DNA from: Treponemataceae bacterium
GTDB lineage: Bacteria > Spirochaetota > Spirochaetia > Treponematales > Rectinemataceae
Reading direction: 5' to 3'
Assembly: GCA_963678065.2 (NCBI GenBank)
Contig: CAXXVZ010000004.1
Span: 544,001 to 608,000, forward strand
Length of the DNA: 64,000 nucleotides
Under the pieces are notes generated by a model. The model was given only the letters and a program-made list of their open reading frames with translations. It did not search any database and was not told the origin of the DNA. Below, piece after piece: positions 19,162-29,211 of this stretch. Both the position numbers and the translations under genes were made by a program. Position 1 is the first letter of the stretch, and every line of letters starts with the position of its first letter.

Positions 19162-20106
19162 TCAGAGGCGGTATTTGATCCGATAGCCCTGCGTCTCTTC
19201 TCCATTGGCCAGAACGAAGTGCCCCGGCAGGATTTCGGTCCAGGCCGGCTTGTCAGTCGAGTAATCGTGGCAGGAGGGATCGTATGCGCGTGAGCGCTTG
19301 CCTCTCTCGATCCTGGGATCCGGCACGGGAATGGCGGAGAGCAAAGCCTTCGTGTATGGATGCATCGGGCGCGAAAACAGCTCCTCGGTTTCCGCGAGCT
19401 CGACAATCTCGCCCTTGTTGATGACGGCGATCCTGTCCGTGATGAAGCGCACCACCGAGAGGTCATGGGCTATGAACATGTAGGTGAATCCCTTCGTCCT
19501 CTGCAGCTCGGAGAGCAGGTTGAGCACTTGGGCGCGGATCGACACGTCGAGGGCGGAGATCGGCTCGTCGGCGATCACGAACTCGGGCGACATGATGAGG
19601 GCGCGCGCGATGCCGATGCGTTGGCGCTGTCCGCCCGAGAACTCGTGGGGGAAGCGGCTCGCGAACTCGGGCAGGAGGCCGACTTCCAGGAGGGCTTTCT
19701 CGACCTTCGCCTTCCTGTCGGCCTCGTCGCTGAATCCCCCGATGTTGTACAGACCCTCGGAGACTATGTAGTCGACCTTAGCCCGCTCGTTGAGCGAGGC
19801 CATGGGATCCTGGAAGATCATCTGAATCTTCTGGACGACTTCGCGGTCGAGCTCCTTGTCGATCAGGCCGTTGATCTGCCGGCCCTTGAATTTTATCGTG
19901 CCGCCCGTCGCCTCGTTGATGCGGATGATCGTGCGGCCGATTGTCGTCTTTCCTGAACCGGATTCCCCCACGAGGCCGAAGGTCTCGCCCTTGTATATAT
20001 CGAAGCTGACGCCCTTGACGGCGTTGAAGACTCCGCCCTTGACCTTGAAATCGACCTTGAGGTCGCGGACTTCCAGGAAGACTTCCCGCTTTCCTTCCAC
20101 ATTCAT
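19162..20106 (-). CDS. oppF: oligopeptide ABC transporter ATP-binding protein OppF
   Basis: [26 protein letters not shown] and [10 protein letters not shown] motifs. Confidence 0.92.
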   Translation of the reverse strand: MNVEGKREVFLEVRDLKVDFKVKGGVFNAVKGVSFDIYKGETFGLVGESGSGKTTIGRTIIRINEATGGTIKFKGRQINGLIDKELDREVVQKIQMIFQDPMASLNERAKVDYIVSEGLYNIGGFSDEADRKAKVEKALLEVGLLPEFASRFPHEFSGGQRQRIGIARALIMSPEFVIADEPISALDVSIRAQVLNLLSELQRTKGFTYMFIAHDLSVVRFITDRIAVINKGEIVELAETEELFSRPMHPYTKALLSAIPVPDPRIERGKRSRAYDPSCHDYSTDKPAWTEILPGHFVLANGEETQGYRIKYRL

Positions 20107-21197
20107 GCGGCGCCTCCAAGGTATTTTGCGCGCATCGCCAGGATAGCCTGTGGCGGCTCGACGGCGGGTGCCCTCGGATCGAGAAGCCATGTGGAGGCGG
20201 TGTGCGTGGGCGAAACCCTGAATTCCGGCGGTTCCTCGACAAAATCGATCTTGAGCGCGCGCGGATTGCGCGGGGCAAACGCGTCGCCTTGTACATCATT
20301 GAACAGGTTGGGCGGCGTCCCCTTGATCGAGTACAGGGGCTGCCCCTTGATTCCGAGCTGGGGGAGAGATGAGAGCAGAGCCCACGTGTAGGGATGGCGC
20401 GCGTCGTAAAAGACTTCCTCCGCGCTGCCGCACTCGACGATCTTTCCCGCGTACATGACGGCGACGCGGTCGGCCACGTTGGCCACGACGCCGAGGTCGT
20501 GGGTGATATAGATCGTCGTAAAGCCGAAGTCGTGCTGGAGCGAGCGTATGAGATCGAGTATCTGGGCCTGAATGGTCACGTCGAGCGCCGTCGTCGGCTC
20601 GTCGCAGATGAGGATTTTCGGCTTGCACGCCATGGCGATCGCGATGACGACGCGCTGGCGCATGCCTCCCGAGAACTCGTGCGGATACTGCCTGCAGCGT
20701 GTCTCGGGCTCCGGAATCCCGACTCGCCTCAGGATTTCCACTACCTCCTTCTCGACGGCCTCGCCCTCGAGCCCCTGATGCATCTCGATCACTTCGCCGA
20801 TCTGCTTCCCGATGCTGCGAAGCGGATTGAGGGCTGTCATGGGATCCTGGAAGACCATGGAGATTTTCTTGCCCCGGATTGTCATCCACTCTTTTTCGGT
20901 CTTGAACTTCGCGAGATCCGCGCCCTCGAAGAGGATGGAGCCGGACTCGACCCAGCCGTTCTGGTCCAGCATGCCGATGAAGGACTTGGTGAAGACCGAT
21001 TTGCCCGAACCGGACTCTCCCACGATGGCCAGGGTCTCGCCCTCGTACAAATCGAGCGAGGCGCCCCGGATGGCCTTGAGGATTCGGCCGCGCAGACTGA
21101 ACCTGATCGAGAGATCCCGCACGGAGAGGATAACCTTCCTGCTCTCCGCGTCCACGGCGGCCGCGCAGGCCCCAAGGCCTGTCTTTGTTTCTGCCAT
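20103..21197 (-). CDS. oppD: oligopeptide ABC transporter ATP-binding protein OppD
   Basis: [29 protein letters not shown] and HPYTWALL motifs. Confidence 0.92.
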   Translation of the reverse strand: MAETKTGLGACAAAVDAESRKVILSVRDLSIRFSLRGRILKAIRGASLDLYEGETLAIVGESGSGKSVFTKSFIGMLDQNGWVESGSILFEGADLAKFKTEKEWMTIRGKKISMVFQDPMTALNPLRSIGKQIGEVIEMHQGLEGEAVEKEVVEILRRVGIPEPETRCRQYPHEFSGGMRQRVVIAIAMACKPKILICDEPTTALDVTIQAQILDLIRSLQHDFGFTTIYITHDLGVVANVADRVAVMYAGKIVECGSAEEVFYDARHPYTWALLSSLPQLGIKGQPLYSIKGTPPNLFNDVQGDAFAPRNPRALKIDFVEEPPEFRVSPTHTASTWLLDPRAPAVEPPQAILAMRAKYLGGAA

Positions 21198-21211
21198 GTC
21201 GGTGAACCCTC

Positions 21212-22141
21212 CTACACGTGGTTGCGCGGATCGGACGCGTCGGAGAAGGCATTGCCGAGCACATAGAACGAAATCGTGATGATGGACAGCACGATGGTCG
21301 GGAAAATCAGCTGATAGCGCAGCTCCGGCGACATCATGATGAGGCGCCCCTCGTTCACGAGATTGCCAAGGGAAGGGATGCTCACCGGGAGGCCGAGGCC
21401 GATGTAGGTCAGGAAGACCTCCCAGCCGATGGTCCCGGGGATGGACAGGGCAGTCTGCAGCATGATGACGGAGACGAGATAGGGAAGGAGATTCTTGAAG
21501 ATGATCCGCCGTGTCGGGGTTCCGAGGCAGCGCGAGGCCAGGTTGTACTCTCTGTCCCTGATGATGACGATCTGGTTGCGCACGAAGCGGGCAAGACCCA
21601 GCCAGCCGGTCGCGCACATGGCGATGACCATGGTCCTGAAACCGGGCTTCAGGATGTAGGCCATGAGAAGGAGTATGATCGTCGTCGGTATGTTGTTGAG
21701 GACGTTGTAGACTTCGGTGATGACGCGGTCCAGCTTGCGGACATAGCCCCAGATGGCTCCGAATATGATGCCGATGACCATCTCGAAGACGCCGACGATG
21801 AGGCCGATGAGGAGGCTGGTCCGCGTTCCGCTCCATATCCGCGACCAGAGATCCTGTCCGATGGAGTTGGTCCCGAACCAGAACTCCGCATTGGGTGTCT
21901 GGTTGCGCAGCTGCGTCCCGGTTGCGGGATCGAGGTATATCTTTGTCGGGAGTTTCTGTCCCGGCATGAAGGGCTGGAGGAAGGTAAAGATGAGCAGGAC
22001 GCTCAACACCACGAGGAGGACAAGGGCTACCCTGTTCTTGAGAAAGACGCGGAGGGTCGATCCCCAATAGGAGTAGTTGGAGTATCCCGTGCGCTCTCCA
22101 GCGGATTCGTCGAAGGAGGCGAATTCGAACATGTCATCCAT
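21212..22141 (-). CDS. oppC: oligopeptide ABC transporter permease OppC
   Basis: FWFGTNSIGQDLWSRIWSGTRTSL and an EAA-like loop EYNLASRCLG. Confidence 0.92.
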   Translation of the reverse strand: MDDMFEFASFDESAGERTGYSNYSYWGSTLRVFLKNRVALVLLVVLSVLLIFTFLQPFMPGQKLPTKIYLDPATGTQLRNQTPNAEFWFGTNSIGQDLWSRIWSGTRTSLLIGLIVGVFEMVIGIIFGAIWGYVRKLDRVITEVYNVLNNIPTTIILLLMAYILKPGFRTMVIAMCATGWLGLARFVRNQIVIIRDREYNLASRCLGTPTRRIIFKNLLPYLVSVIMLQTALSIPGTIGWEVFLTYIGLGLPVSIPSLGNLVNEGRLIMMSPELRYQLIFPTIVLSIITISFYVLGNAFSDASDPRNHV

Positions 22142-23085
22142 CAGCGTGCCCCCTCGCTCTTGACAAGTTTTATGCGCGGATCGAAGACCGCCATGAGGAC
22201 ATCCCCGAGAAAGAGTCCTATGATGCCGATCAAGGAGAATATGAGTACGAGGGCCTGGACCATGGGGTTGTCCTGTCTCTGTATCACGTCGACGAGGAGT
22301 CCGCCCATGCCGGGGATGGAGTACAGGGACTCGATGTAGATGGACCCGGAAATCGTGGACAGGATGGCCGCAGGCAGATACTGGGCCATCGGGACGAAGG
22401 CGTTGCGCATGACATGCTTCACCATGATGGAGGAGTCGGACATGCCCTTGGCGCGGGCGAGTTTGATGTAATCCCTGTTCAGTTCATCCACCATGTAGCG
22501 GCGCATCCACATGCCGTAGCCCGCGATGCCGCCGAGAGACATGGATATGGCGGGCAGGAACCAGCTCCCGACCTTGTACTTGTTGAAGAGGAGGGGAAGC
22601 CCGAAGAGATCGGAGCCGTAAAGCTGTATGAAGAGGAGGTAGACCGCGGAGGGAACGGCGTTGATGAAGACGATGTATGCCGTACCTGCCCTGTCCCTCA
22701 TTTTTCCCTTGTTGCGCGCCATCCCTATGCCCATCCCGAGTCCAAGGACCAGGGAAAGCAGAGTGGCGGTGATCCCGAAGGCCATCGAGTAGGGAATTCG
22801 GGGAGCGATGACTTCGGTTATCGGAACATCGCGCCGGTAGATGATCGAAGTTCCCAGGTCTCCACGCGCGAGGCGTCCATAGAATTTGCCTAGCTGGACG
22901 TACCAGGGATCGAGAAGCCCCATTTTGGCGAGGACGTTCTCGCGCTGGGCGGCATCGAGCTTGTCGAAGCCGTCCGCGAAGTAACCCTCCACAGGCAGGA
23001 GAAGCATGAGAAGAAAGACTGCCGTCACCACTATGAACAGCGTGACGAGAGACTGACTCAATCGTTTCAGAGAATACTTGAACAT
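22141..23085 (-). CDS. oppB: oligopeptide ABC transporter permease OppB
   Basis: GDLGTS, DYIKLARAKG, HVMRNA, IPGMG and DPRI motifs. Confidence 0.92.
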   Translation of the reverse strand: MFKYSLKRLSQSLVTLFIVVTAVFLLMLLLPVEGYFADGFDKLDAAQRENVLAKMGLLDPWYVQLGKFYGRLARGDLGTSIIYRRDVPITEVIAPRIPYSMAFGITATLLSLVLGLGMGIGMARNKGKMRDRAGTAYIVFINAVPSAVYLLFIQLYGSDLFGLPLLFNKYKVGSWFLPAISMSLGGIAGYGMWMRRYMVDELNRDYIKLARAKGMSDSSIMVKHVMRNAFVPMAQYLPAAILSTISGSIYIESLYSIPGMGGLLVDVIQRQDNPMVQALVLIFSLIGIIGLFLGDVLMAVFDPRIKLVKSEGAR

Positions 23086-23153
23086 GGCTATTCTATCCCT
23101 CGGACCTGGCGGGATGCCGTCCGCACGGACGGTGGGTTGGATCTACACAGGAA

Positions 23154-23193
23154 AACCGGGACGCTCAGGCTGTATCGCCCGGGCGTCCCGGTT
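23154..23193 (-). terminator. intercistronic stem-loop between oppA and oppB (partial terminator or mRNA stabiliser)
   Basis: AACCGGGACGC...GCGTCCCGGTT stem with a short U tract on the minus strand. Confidence 0.55.
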
Positions 23194-23219
23194 CGGGTTG
23201 GCAGAACGGGACCCGGACT

Positions 23220-25043
23220 TCAGTCCTTGGCGTTCGCGAGAGCTTCGAGTCTCTCGGCGTCCCACTGAGCTTTCAGCTTGTTGTATTCCTCGGTGGAGAC
23301 GGCCTTGGACAGGACGACCTGTCCCTTGAACCTGAGATTAGAAATGCCGAAGGGTGCAAAGGGGCAAGTGAAGGGCTCGAGCTTGGAGGCTTCGAAGCCG
23401 CCGCCGCCTGAGGAGTAGGGAATTATGAAGGCTTCGTTGAGGAGGAAAGCCTCGGCCTTGGCGAAGAGTTCGTAGCGCTTCTTGAGGTTGGTGACTTCGG
23501 CCTTGGCCGCGTCCACCATGTTCTCGTACTTGGGCTTGCCATTTGCCTCGATGTAGCCTGCTGCCTTCTCGGGCCAGTTGTAGTTGGATCCGGTAACGAA
23601 GGGGTCGGTGTAGGTCTCGGGGTCGGCGTAGTCGGGGCCCCAGTTGCACTCCTCCATCGCATAGTTGCCCTTGCGGCGTGTGGCGCCGAGGAATCCGGTC
23701 GAGGGGAAGGAGACGGGGATGACGTCGATGAAGTCCGTGCCAAGGACCGCTTCGAGCTGCTGCTCGACGATCTGGACGCGGTTGGCCCACTCGGTCGATC
23801 CGGCGTTGTAGGGCATCATGATCTTGACGGGGAACTTGGCCTTGTCCTTGAGTTCGGCGAGGGCTTTGCCCTTGAATTCCTGGGCGAGGGCCTTGTTGAA
23901 GGTTTCGGTCTTCGTGACGGCGGCGAGGTCGCCCGTGTCGGTGTAGTCCTTCCCGCCGGCGTTCGCGAAGTTCGCGGGCGTGACCGTGTTCTGGATGCGG
24001 CGCTCGGGAGCGTAGGGCTCGGCGGTGAGCATCGCGGCGCGGCGATCGAAGGCGTGGAAGACAGACTCGCGGAAGCTCTTGTTGTTGACGGCGACTTTCC
24101 AGTTGTCGGGCTCGTACTGGGCTTCGAAGGTGGGATTGAAGTTGAAGGTGTAGAAGTAGGAGTAAGCCGAAGTTTTCGCGGGGCGGACGACGGCCTTCTT
24201 GGCGGAATCTTTCATCCAGCTGTCGAGAAGGGAGCTGGGCAGGGGAGCATACTTGACCTCTCCCCGGAGGAAGAGCTGGGGAGCCAGGGTGGCAGATTCT
24301 TTATTGTATTTGTAAATGAGGCGCTTGATGTAGACATGTTCCTTGTCCCAATACTTGTCGTTGCGGACGAACTCGCGGCCGACCTGGGGCTCGAAGGTGG
24401 AGAGGATGTACGCGCCATTGTAGAGGAGGTTGCGGTTGTCCGTTCCGAATTTGGCTCCCGAGGCGGCCAGGAACTGGCCGTTGACGGGGAGGAAGCAGAC
24501 GTAGGTGAGCATGCTGAGGAAGTAGGGCACCGGCCTCTCGAGAGTGTACTCGAGGGTGTACTTGTCCTTGGCCTTGACGCCGACCTGATCGAAGTCGGAG
24601 ATCTTGCCGTTGTAGTAGTCCTTCGCGCTCTTGAGAACGCCATAGGCTACATCCGCCGTCATGGAGGCGTTTTTCTTGTCGAGGAGGTACTTCATCGCGT
24701 CGACCCAGTCCTGGGCGACGATGTCCGCGATCACCTTGCCCTTGTAATCGACCCATTTGATGCCCTGCCGAAGGTTGAAAGTCCATACGAGGCCGTCGGC
24801 GGACATAGTCCACGACGTGGCGAGGGAAGGCTGCAGGACGCCATACCTGTCATACTCGACGAGTCCGTCAAGGATGTTCGCGATGGCGGTATGCTCGTTG
24901 TCGCCTCCGGTGACGAGGTAGTTGATGGTCGTGAGCTCGCCGGAATAGACGGCGACATAGTCGTCGGACTTCGGCGCGGCAGAAACGGAAAATACCATGG
25001 AGAACGATAACAGAATGAGGGCGGTGCAGGCCAACTTCTTCAT
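23220..25043 (-). CDS. oppA: oligopeptide ABC transporter substrate-binding protein OppA
   Basis: Signal peptide; DGLVEYD...PSLATSW...DGLVWTFNLR, YNGAY and WGPDYADP motifs; TTGACG-17-AATAAT at 25150-25178. Confidence 0.92.
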   Translation of the reverse strand: MKKLACTALILLSFSMVFSVSAAPKSDDYVAVYSGELTTINYLVTGGDNEHTAIANILDGLVEYDRYGVLQPSLATSWTMSADGLVWTFNLRQGIKWVDYKGKVIADIVAQDWVDAMKYLLDKKNASMTADVAYGVLKSAKDYYNGKISDFDQVGVKAKDKYTLEYTLERPVPYFLSMLTYVCFLPVNGQFLAASGAKFGTDNRNLLYNGAYILSTFEPQVGREFVRNDKYWDKEHVYIKRLIYKYNKESATLAPQLFLRGEVKYAPLPSSLLDSWMKDSAKKAVVRPAKTSAYSYFYTFNFNPTFEAQYEPDNWKVAVNNKSFRESVFHAFDRRAAMLTAEPYAPERRIQNTVTPANFANAGGKDYTDTGDLAAVTKTETFNKALAQEFKGKALAELKDKAKFPVKIMMPYNAGSTEWANRVQIVEQQLEAVLGTDFIDVIPVSFPSTGFLGATRRKGNYAMEECNWGPDYADPETYTDPFVTGSNYNWPEKAAGYIEANGKPKYENMVDAAKAEVTNLKKRYELFAKAEAFLLNEAFIIPYSSGGGGFEASKLEPFTCPFAPFGISNLRFKGQVVLSKAVSTEEYNKLKAQWDAERLEALANAKD

Positions 25044-25304
25044 GTCCGATACTCCGAGTGGTTTGAGGATGGTTCTCCGGGAAGACCGGAGACTCCGGCA
25101 ACGCCGGCTTGCGCGCCGCAGCCCGAAGTGGGCCGCGGCATCTCGAAACATTATTTCATCGATTCGGAGTAACGTCAAACCATCTGCCGGCTTTATGCCA
25201 CTATTTCTTGATCCGAGGCGCCGGCCCCGCTAGAATGGAAATGAATGGGAGCCATCCGCGCTGACCGCCGTCTGCGTCATCGAGGCCATTAGAGGAGGTA
25301 GTGC

Positions 25305-25853
25305 ATGAAAACAGCCTGTCTGCTTCTCGCAGAGGGTTTCGAGGAAGTGGAGGCCCTGACTCCGGTCGATTATCTCCGGAGGGCAGGCATCGACGTGAAG
25401 ACCATCGGCGTCACGGGTTCCGTGGTGACGGGTTCCCACGGCATCAAGGTCTTCGCGGACCTGGGGAACCAGGCGGAGGTTGGGGATTTCGACGCGATCA
25501 TCGTTCCGGGTGGCATGCCGGGTTCATCCAATATCGCCGCGAGCTCCGCCGCCCGCGCGCTCATCCTCCGCCATTTCCACGCGGGCAAGCTCGTCGCTGC
25601 CCTCTGTGCCGCTCCGGCGGTGGTACTCCACGGGGGATGCGGCATTCTCGGGGGCAGAAAGTTCACTGGCTACCCTGGATCAGAAGTCAAGGTTTCGGGT
25701 GGAATTTTCACGGCGGGAAGGGTCGTGACGGATGGCAACATCATAACTGCCCGGGCGGCGGGATGCGCGGCAGAGTTCTCCCTGGCCATCATCTCCTTCC
25801 TGGCGGGAGAAGGCGCGGCGAAATCGGTTGCCGCATCCGTTCTGGAACGCTGA
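25305..25853 (+). CDS. DJ-1/ThiJ/PfpI family protein
   Basis: GFEEVEA, VPGGMPG, ALCAAP and DGNIITA motifs; GGAGG RBS. Confidence 0.93.
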   Translation: MKTACLLLAEGFEEVEALTPVDYLRRAGIDVKTIGVTGSVVTGSHGIKVFADLGNQAEVGDFDAIIVPGGMPGSSNIAASSAARALILRHFHAGKLVAALCAAPAVVLHGGCGILGGRKFTGYPGSEVKVSGGIFTAGRVVTDGNIITARAAGCAAEFSLAIISFLAGEGAAKSVAASVLER

Positions 25854-25885
25854 AGCCAGGAAACTGAACCGGACCTTCGGCCCCT

Positions 25886-26362
25886 TCAGCCTTCGGCGTA
25901 GCCGCAGGTCCGGGCTTCGATTTCCGCATCCTCTCCAGACCCCGGCTCGAACTCGGAGAAATCGACGCGCTTGACCACGCGCGGCAGGGAGTCGAGCTTC
26001 TTGCCTTTCTGAACGAAGATGCCCACGACACCGCCCAGGGCGAGGCCCGCGACGCTGAAGAGGACTGCCGGTCCTTCTCCCGAAGCCGGATAGAGGAATC
26101 TGCCGAGAAGATACCCCGCGATGAATACGGCCAAGGGAAGGCCAAGAACCCAGAGGGCGCCCGAAAGCTGCGCCTTGCCCTCGATCTTTATCTCGACCGT
26201 GTCGCCCTCGGCTATACCAAGGCTGTCCCTGTTGTAAGCTTTGACGCCCGTCCGGTTTGTCTTGCAGGTGGAATTCACGCAGGACGCGCATCCTTCCATC
26301 ATCCTGAGGACAACCGTGACAATCTTGCCGTCAATCGCCGTCACTATCCCGTGTTCCGTCAT
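25886..26362 (-). CDS. RseC/MucC (SoxR-reducing system) family membrane protein
   Basis: MTEHGIV...CASCVNSTC...GDTVEI followed by two TM helices. Confidence 0.8.
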   Translation of the reverse strand: MTEHGIVTAIDGKIVTVVLRMMEGCASCVNSTCKTNRTGVKAYNRDSLGIAEGDTVEIKIEGKAQLSGALWVLGLPLAVFIAGYLLGRFLYPASGEGPAVLFSVAGLALGGVVGIFVQKGKKLDSLPRVVKRVDFSEFEPGSGEDAEIEARTCGYAEG

Positions 26363-27152
26363 TGAGAGCCTCCCTGCAGGGAACGCGGACGGTTTCCATG
26401 GACAGGGCCTTTCCGTCATCCCCAATTTCGACGATGCAACCCTGGAGCTCGAGGCCGAGGGTGCCATCTTTCGACCAAGCCGGAATGCCGCTGGTGTATT
26501 CCTTCACCCGCGTTTCGGGATCCTGGCCTCCGACCGAGAGCAAACTACCCGTTCGTCCAGCGTCGGTCAGCGCCGCCGTTCCTTTTGCGCAGAGCCTCGC
26601 GTCCGCGCTCAGAGTCTTGGCATGCGATCCGATGACTGCCGATATCCTTCCGTCGACGTGAAACGCCATGGTAAGTTTTTCCGCTGTCGGCGAGGCGTGG
26701 AAGTCGAGGACCACTGTCTTCGTCTCGCTCTCCAGCCTCCTCACGATCTCGTCGATGGCGTGGAACGGGTTGGCGAGATGGACCCTCGTGAAGCCGGCCT
26801 GTCCGAGAAGCTGGACCACGGCTATATTTCCCGCCTTCGTCTCGAAGATCCGGTATCCCCTGCCGGGATTGCCGAAAGGGTAGTTGGCCGGCCTCACCAT
26901 GAACTGCGCCTTGGGCAGAAAATCGACGATGTCGCGCTTGTAGTACACGCATTCGCCCGTGGTGATGCAGTCTACGCCGAGCTTGTGCAGGTAGGCGGCG
27001 TGCTGCTTCCCAAGACCGGCTCCACCTGTCGCCGAATCCGCGTTGGCGATGACAAAATCGATCCGCTCGTCGACCCTGAGTCGCGGAAGGACCTTCTTTA
27101 CCGTGAAGACGCCGGATTTACCGACAATCTCACCGATGTACAACACTCGCAT
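26331..27152 (-). CDS. YmdB/TIGR00282-like metallophosphoesterase with divergent active site
   Basis: MRVLYIGEIVGKSG, RPANYP, PGRG, DFHA and TDAGRTG match the YmdB scaffold, but several metal ligands are substituted. Confidence 0.82.
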   Translation of the reverse strand: MRVLYIGEIVGKSGVFTVKKVLPRLRVDERIDFVIANADSATGGAGLGKQHAAYLHKLGVDCITTGECVYYKRDIVDFLPKAQFMVRPANYPFGNPGRGYRIFETKAGNIAVVQLLGQAGFTRVHLANPFHAIDEIVRRLESETKTVVLDFHASPTAEKLTMAFHVDGRISAVIGSHAKTLSADARLCAKGTAALTDAGRTGSLLSVGGQDPETRVKEYTSGIPAWSKDGTLGLELQGCIVEIGDDGKALSMETVRVPCREALNDGTRDSDGD

Positions 27153-27263
27153 GCTCACGAATTCAATGTAATGGAAGGGATCATGAATATTCAATAGAAA
27201 GCTGTCTTCCGAGACCGGTTATAGTCGGGGAAAGCGTCGGCCCGGCGGATACGCTACGAAAGC

Positions 27264-27755
27264 TCACTGCCTTTCGTAGCGCTGGACTTCGTCGTGGACA
27301 TACTCGAGGGCGATGCCGACCGCCCTGAACATGGCTTCGCTCTCGGCTCCGTCGTGATAACGCCGCTCGCAGACGATTCTGACGATGCCACAGTTGATGA
27401 TCATCATGGCGCAGGTCCGGCAAGGGGTCATGCGACAGTATACCGTCGCCCCCTGGATCGCGACACCGCGGCGGGCGGCCTGGCAGATCGCGTTCTGCTC
27501 CGCGTGGACAGTCCGGACGCAGTGCTGTGTCACGCTTCCGTCTTCATGCATGAGTTTCTTGAGCTGGTGCCCCGCCTCGTCGCAGTGGGGAAGGCCCGCT
27601 GGCGCCCCGACATAGCCCGTGGCGAGGATCTGGTTGTCCCGCGCGATGACACAGCCGGAGCGGCCCCGGTCGCAGGTGGCCCTCTTGGCTATTGCGTTGC
27701 AGACTTCCATAAAATATTCGTCCCAACTGGGCCTCTCGTACGATCCTTCACCCAT
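27264..27755 (-). CDS. dCMP deaminase (ComEB family)
   Basis: RPSWDEYFM, RATCDR, HAEQNA and PCRTC motifs. Confidence 0.92.
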   Translation of the reverse strand: MGEGSYERPSWDEYFMEVCNAIAKRATCDRGRSGCVIARDNQILATGYVGAPAGLPHCDEAGHQLKKLMHEDGSVTQHCVRTVHAEQNAICQAARRGVAIQGATVYCRMTPCRTCAMMIINCGIVRIVCERRYHDGAESEAMFRAVGIALEYVHDEVQRYERQ

Positions 27756-27980
27756 GCTGCCCCCTCTTTCGCATTCCGAGTGCGTGGAGGGCAAATGATG
27801 GAATCGAAACCTCTTCCCGTCAAGCACGCGACAGGGACAGGCATGGGAAACCGACGGCGAATCTGAGCTGAAAATCCGTTGCCCTCATCCAGCTTTATCG
27901 GTATTCTTCACAGGTCGATGGAACGCCGGCATCCGATATCATTTTTCCGGCATCCTGTCGCAGTCATTCACGGAGGCCTC

Positions 27981-29009
27981 ATGAGCAAGCATCTTCGCGC
28001 GCGGATCTTAGCCGCGCTCCTGTTCGGCATCGTGGCCGCGAACTTCGCGTCCTGCCAGCAAAACGATCTTCCCGACGGTCTGTACGCCAGAATCCACACG
28101 AAGAAGGGCATCATCCTCGCGAAGCTGGATTTCGAAAAGGCCCCGCTGACGGTCGGCAATTTTGTCGGACTCGCCGAAGGCAGCCTCGACGCCACCAAAG
28201 GCAAGCATTTCTACGACGGCCTCAGCTTCCACAGGGTCGTGGCCGACTTCGTCATCCAGGGCGGAGATCCGGCCGGAAACGGCACGGGCGGGCCAGGTTA
28301 CCAGTTCCCGGACGAGCTCTCCGCGGATCTCAAGCATGACGGCGCCGGGGTCCTGTCCATGGCCAATTCCGGCCCCGATTCCAACGGCAGCCAGTTCTTC
28401 ATCACGCTGAAGGAGGCCCCGTGGCTGGACGGACACCATTCCGTGTTCGGCCGCGTCGTCGAGGGACTCGATGTCGTCGCGACGATCGCTCAGGACGACA
28501 AAATGGACAAGATCGAAATCATCCGTCAGGGAAACGCGGCGCGCAACTTCAAGTCCGATCAGGAAGCCTGGAACAGGCGGGTCGCGGATATCCAGGAAGC
28601 ACAGAAAGCCAAAGGCGCCGCTCAGCGCGAGAGCGACATCGCCGCATTCATGGCCAGATGGCCCGGTCTCCAGGTGGACTCCGATGGAATTTACCAGAAG
28701 ACAGTGAAGCCAGGCACAGGCGAAATGGTCCTCAAGGGGCAGAAAGTCTCGGTTCTGTACAAAGGCATGTTCATCGACGGCAAAACATTTGACCAGAGCG
28801 CCCTGCACGGCGGTCCCTTCAGCTTCCGCGCCGGATTAGGCGAGGTCATCGAGGGCTGGGACAAGGTCGTGACCACCATGCGCAAGGGAGAAAAACGGAT
28901 CACGGCCTTCCCGCCGGAGCTGGCCTACGGAATTTCGGGCGCCGGCGGGGTCATTCCGCCGAACGCCTTTCTGGTATTCGAAATCGAAGTCGTCTCAGTG
29001 GCAAAATAG
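27981..29009 (+). CDS. peptidyl-prolyl isomerase, cyclophilin + FKBP fusion lipoprotein
   Basis: Lipobox [19 protein letters not shown]...MANSG...NGSQFFIT (cyclophilin), then VIEGWD...PPELAYG...[12 protein letters not shown] (FKBP). Confidence 0.93.
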   Translation: MSKHLRARILAALLFGIVAANFASCQQNDLPDGLYARIHTKKGIILAKLDFEKAPLTVGNFVGLAEGSLDATKGKHFYDGLSFHRVVADFVIQGGDPAGNGTGGPGYQFPDELSADLKHDGAGVLSMANSGPDSNGSQFFITLKEAPWLDGHHSVFGRVVEGLDVVATIAQDDKMDKIEIIRQGNAARNFKSDQEAWNRRVADIQEAQKAKGAAQRESDIAAFMARWPGLQVDSDGIYQKTVKPGTGEMVLKGQKVSVLYKGMFIDGKTFDQSALHGGPFSFRAGLGEVIEGWDKVVTTMRKGEKRITAFPPELAYGISGAGGVIPPNAFLVFEIEVVSVAK

Positions 29010-29039
29010 CGCAGCACCCGCTCCGGCCTCCATCTGGCC

Positions 29040-29086
29040 GTCATTGGAGTCAGAATCCATGGATCATGGATTCTGACTCCAATGAC
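29040..29086. repeat. perfect 22-bp inverted repeat with 3-nt loop
   Basis: GTCATTGGAGTCAGAATCCATG-GAT-CATGGATTCTGACTCCAATGAC. Confidence 0.95.
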
Positions 29087-29211
29087 TCATGGAGAATTTG
29101 CAGATTTTTTGCATTTTTTAGTATTCACATGTTTTCGAGATACGTTAACTTGAGCTAACATTCTCACATAAAACCATAGTAAAAAGCACTGCCCCGGACA
29201 ACATTTGGTTC

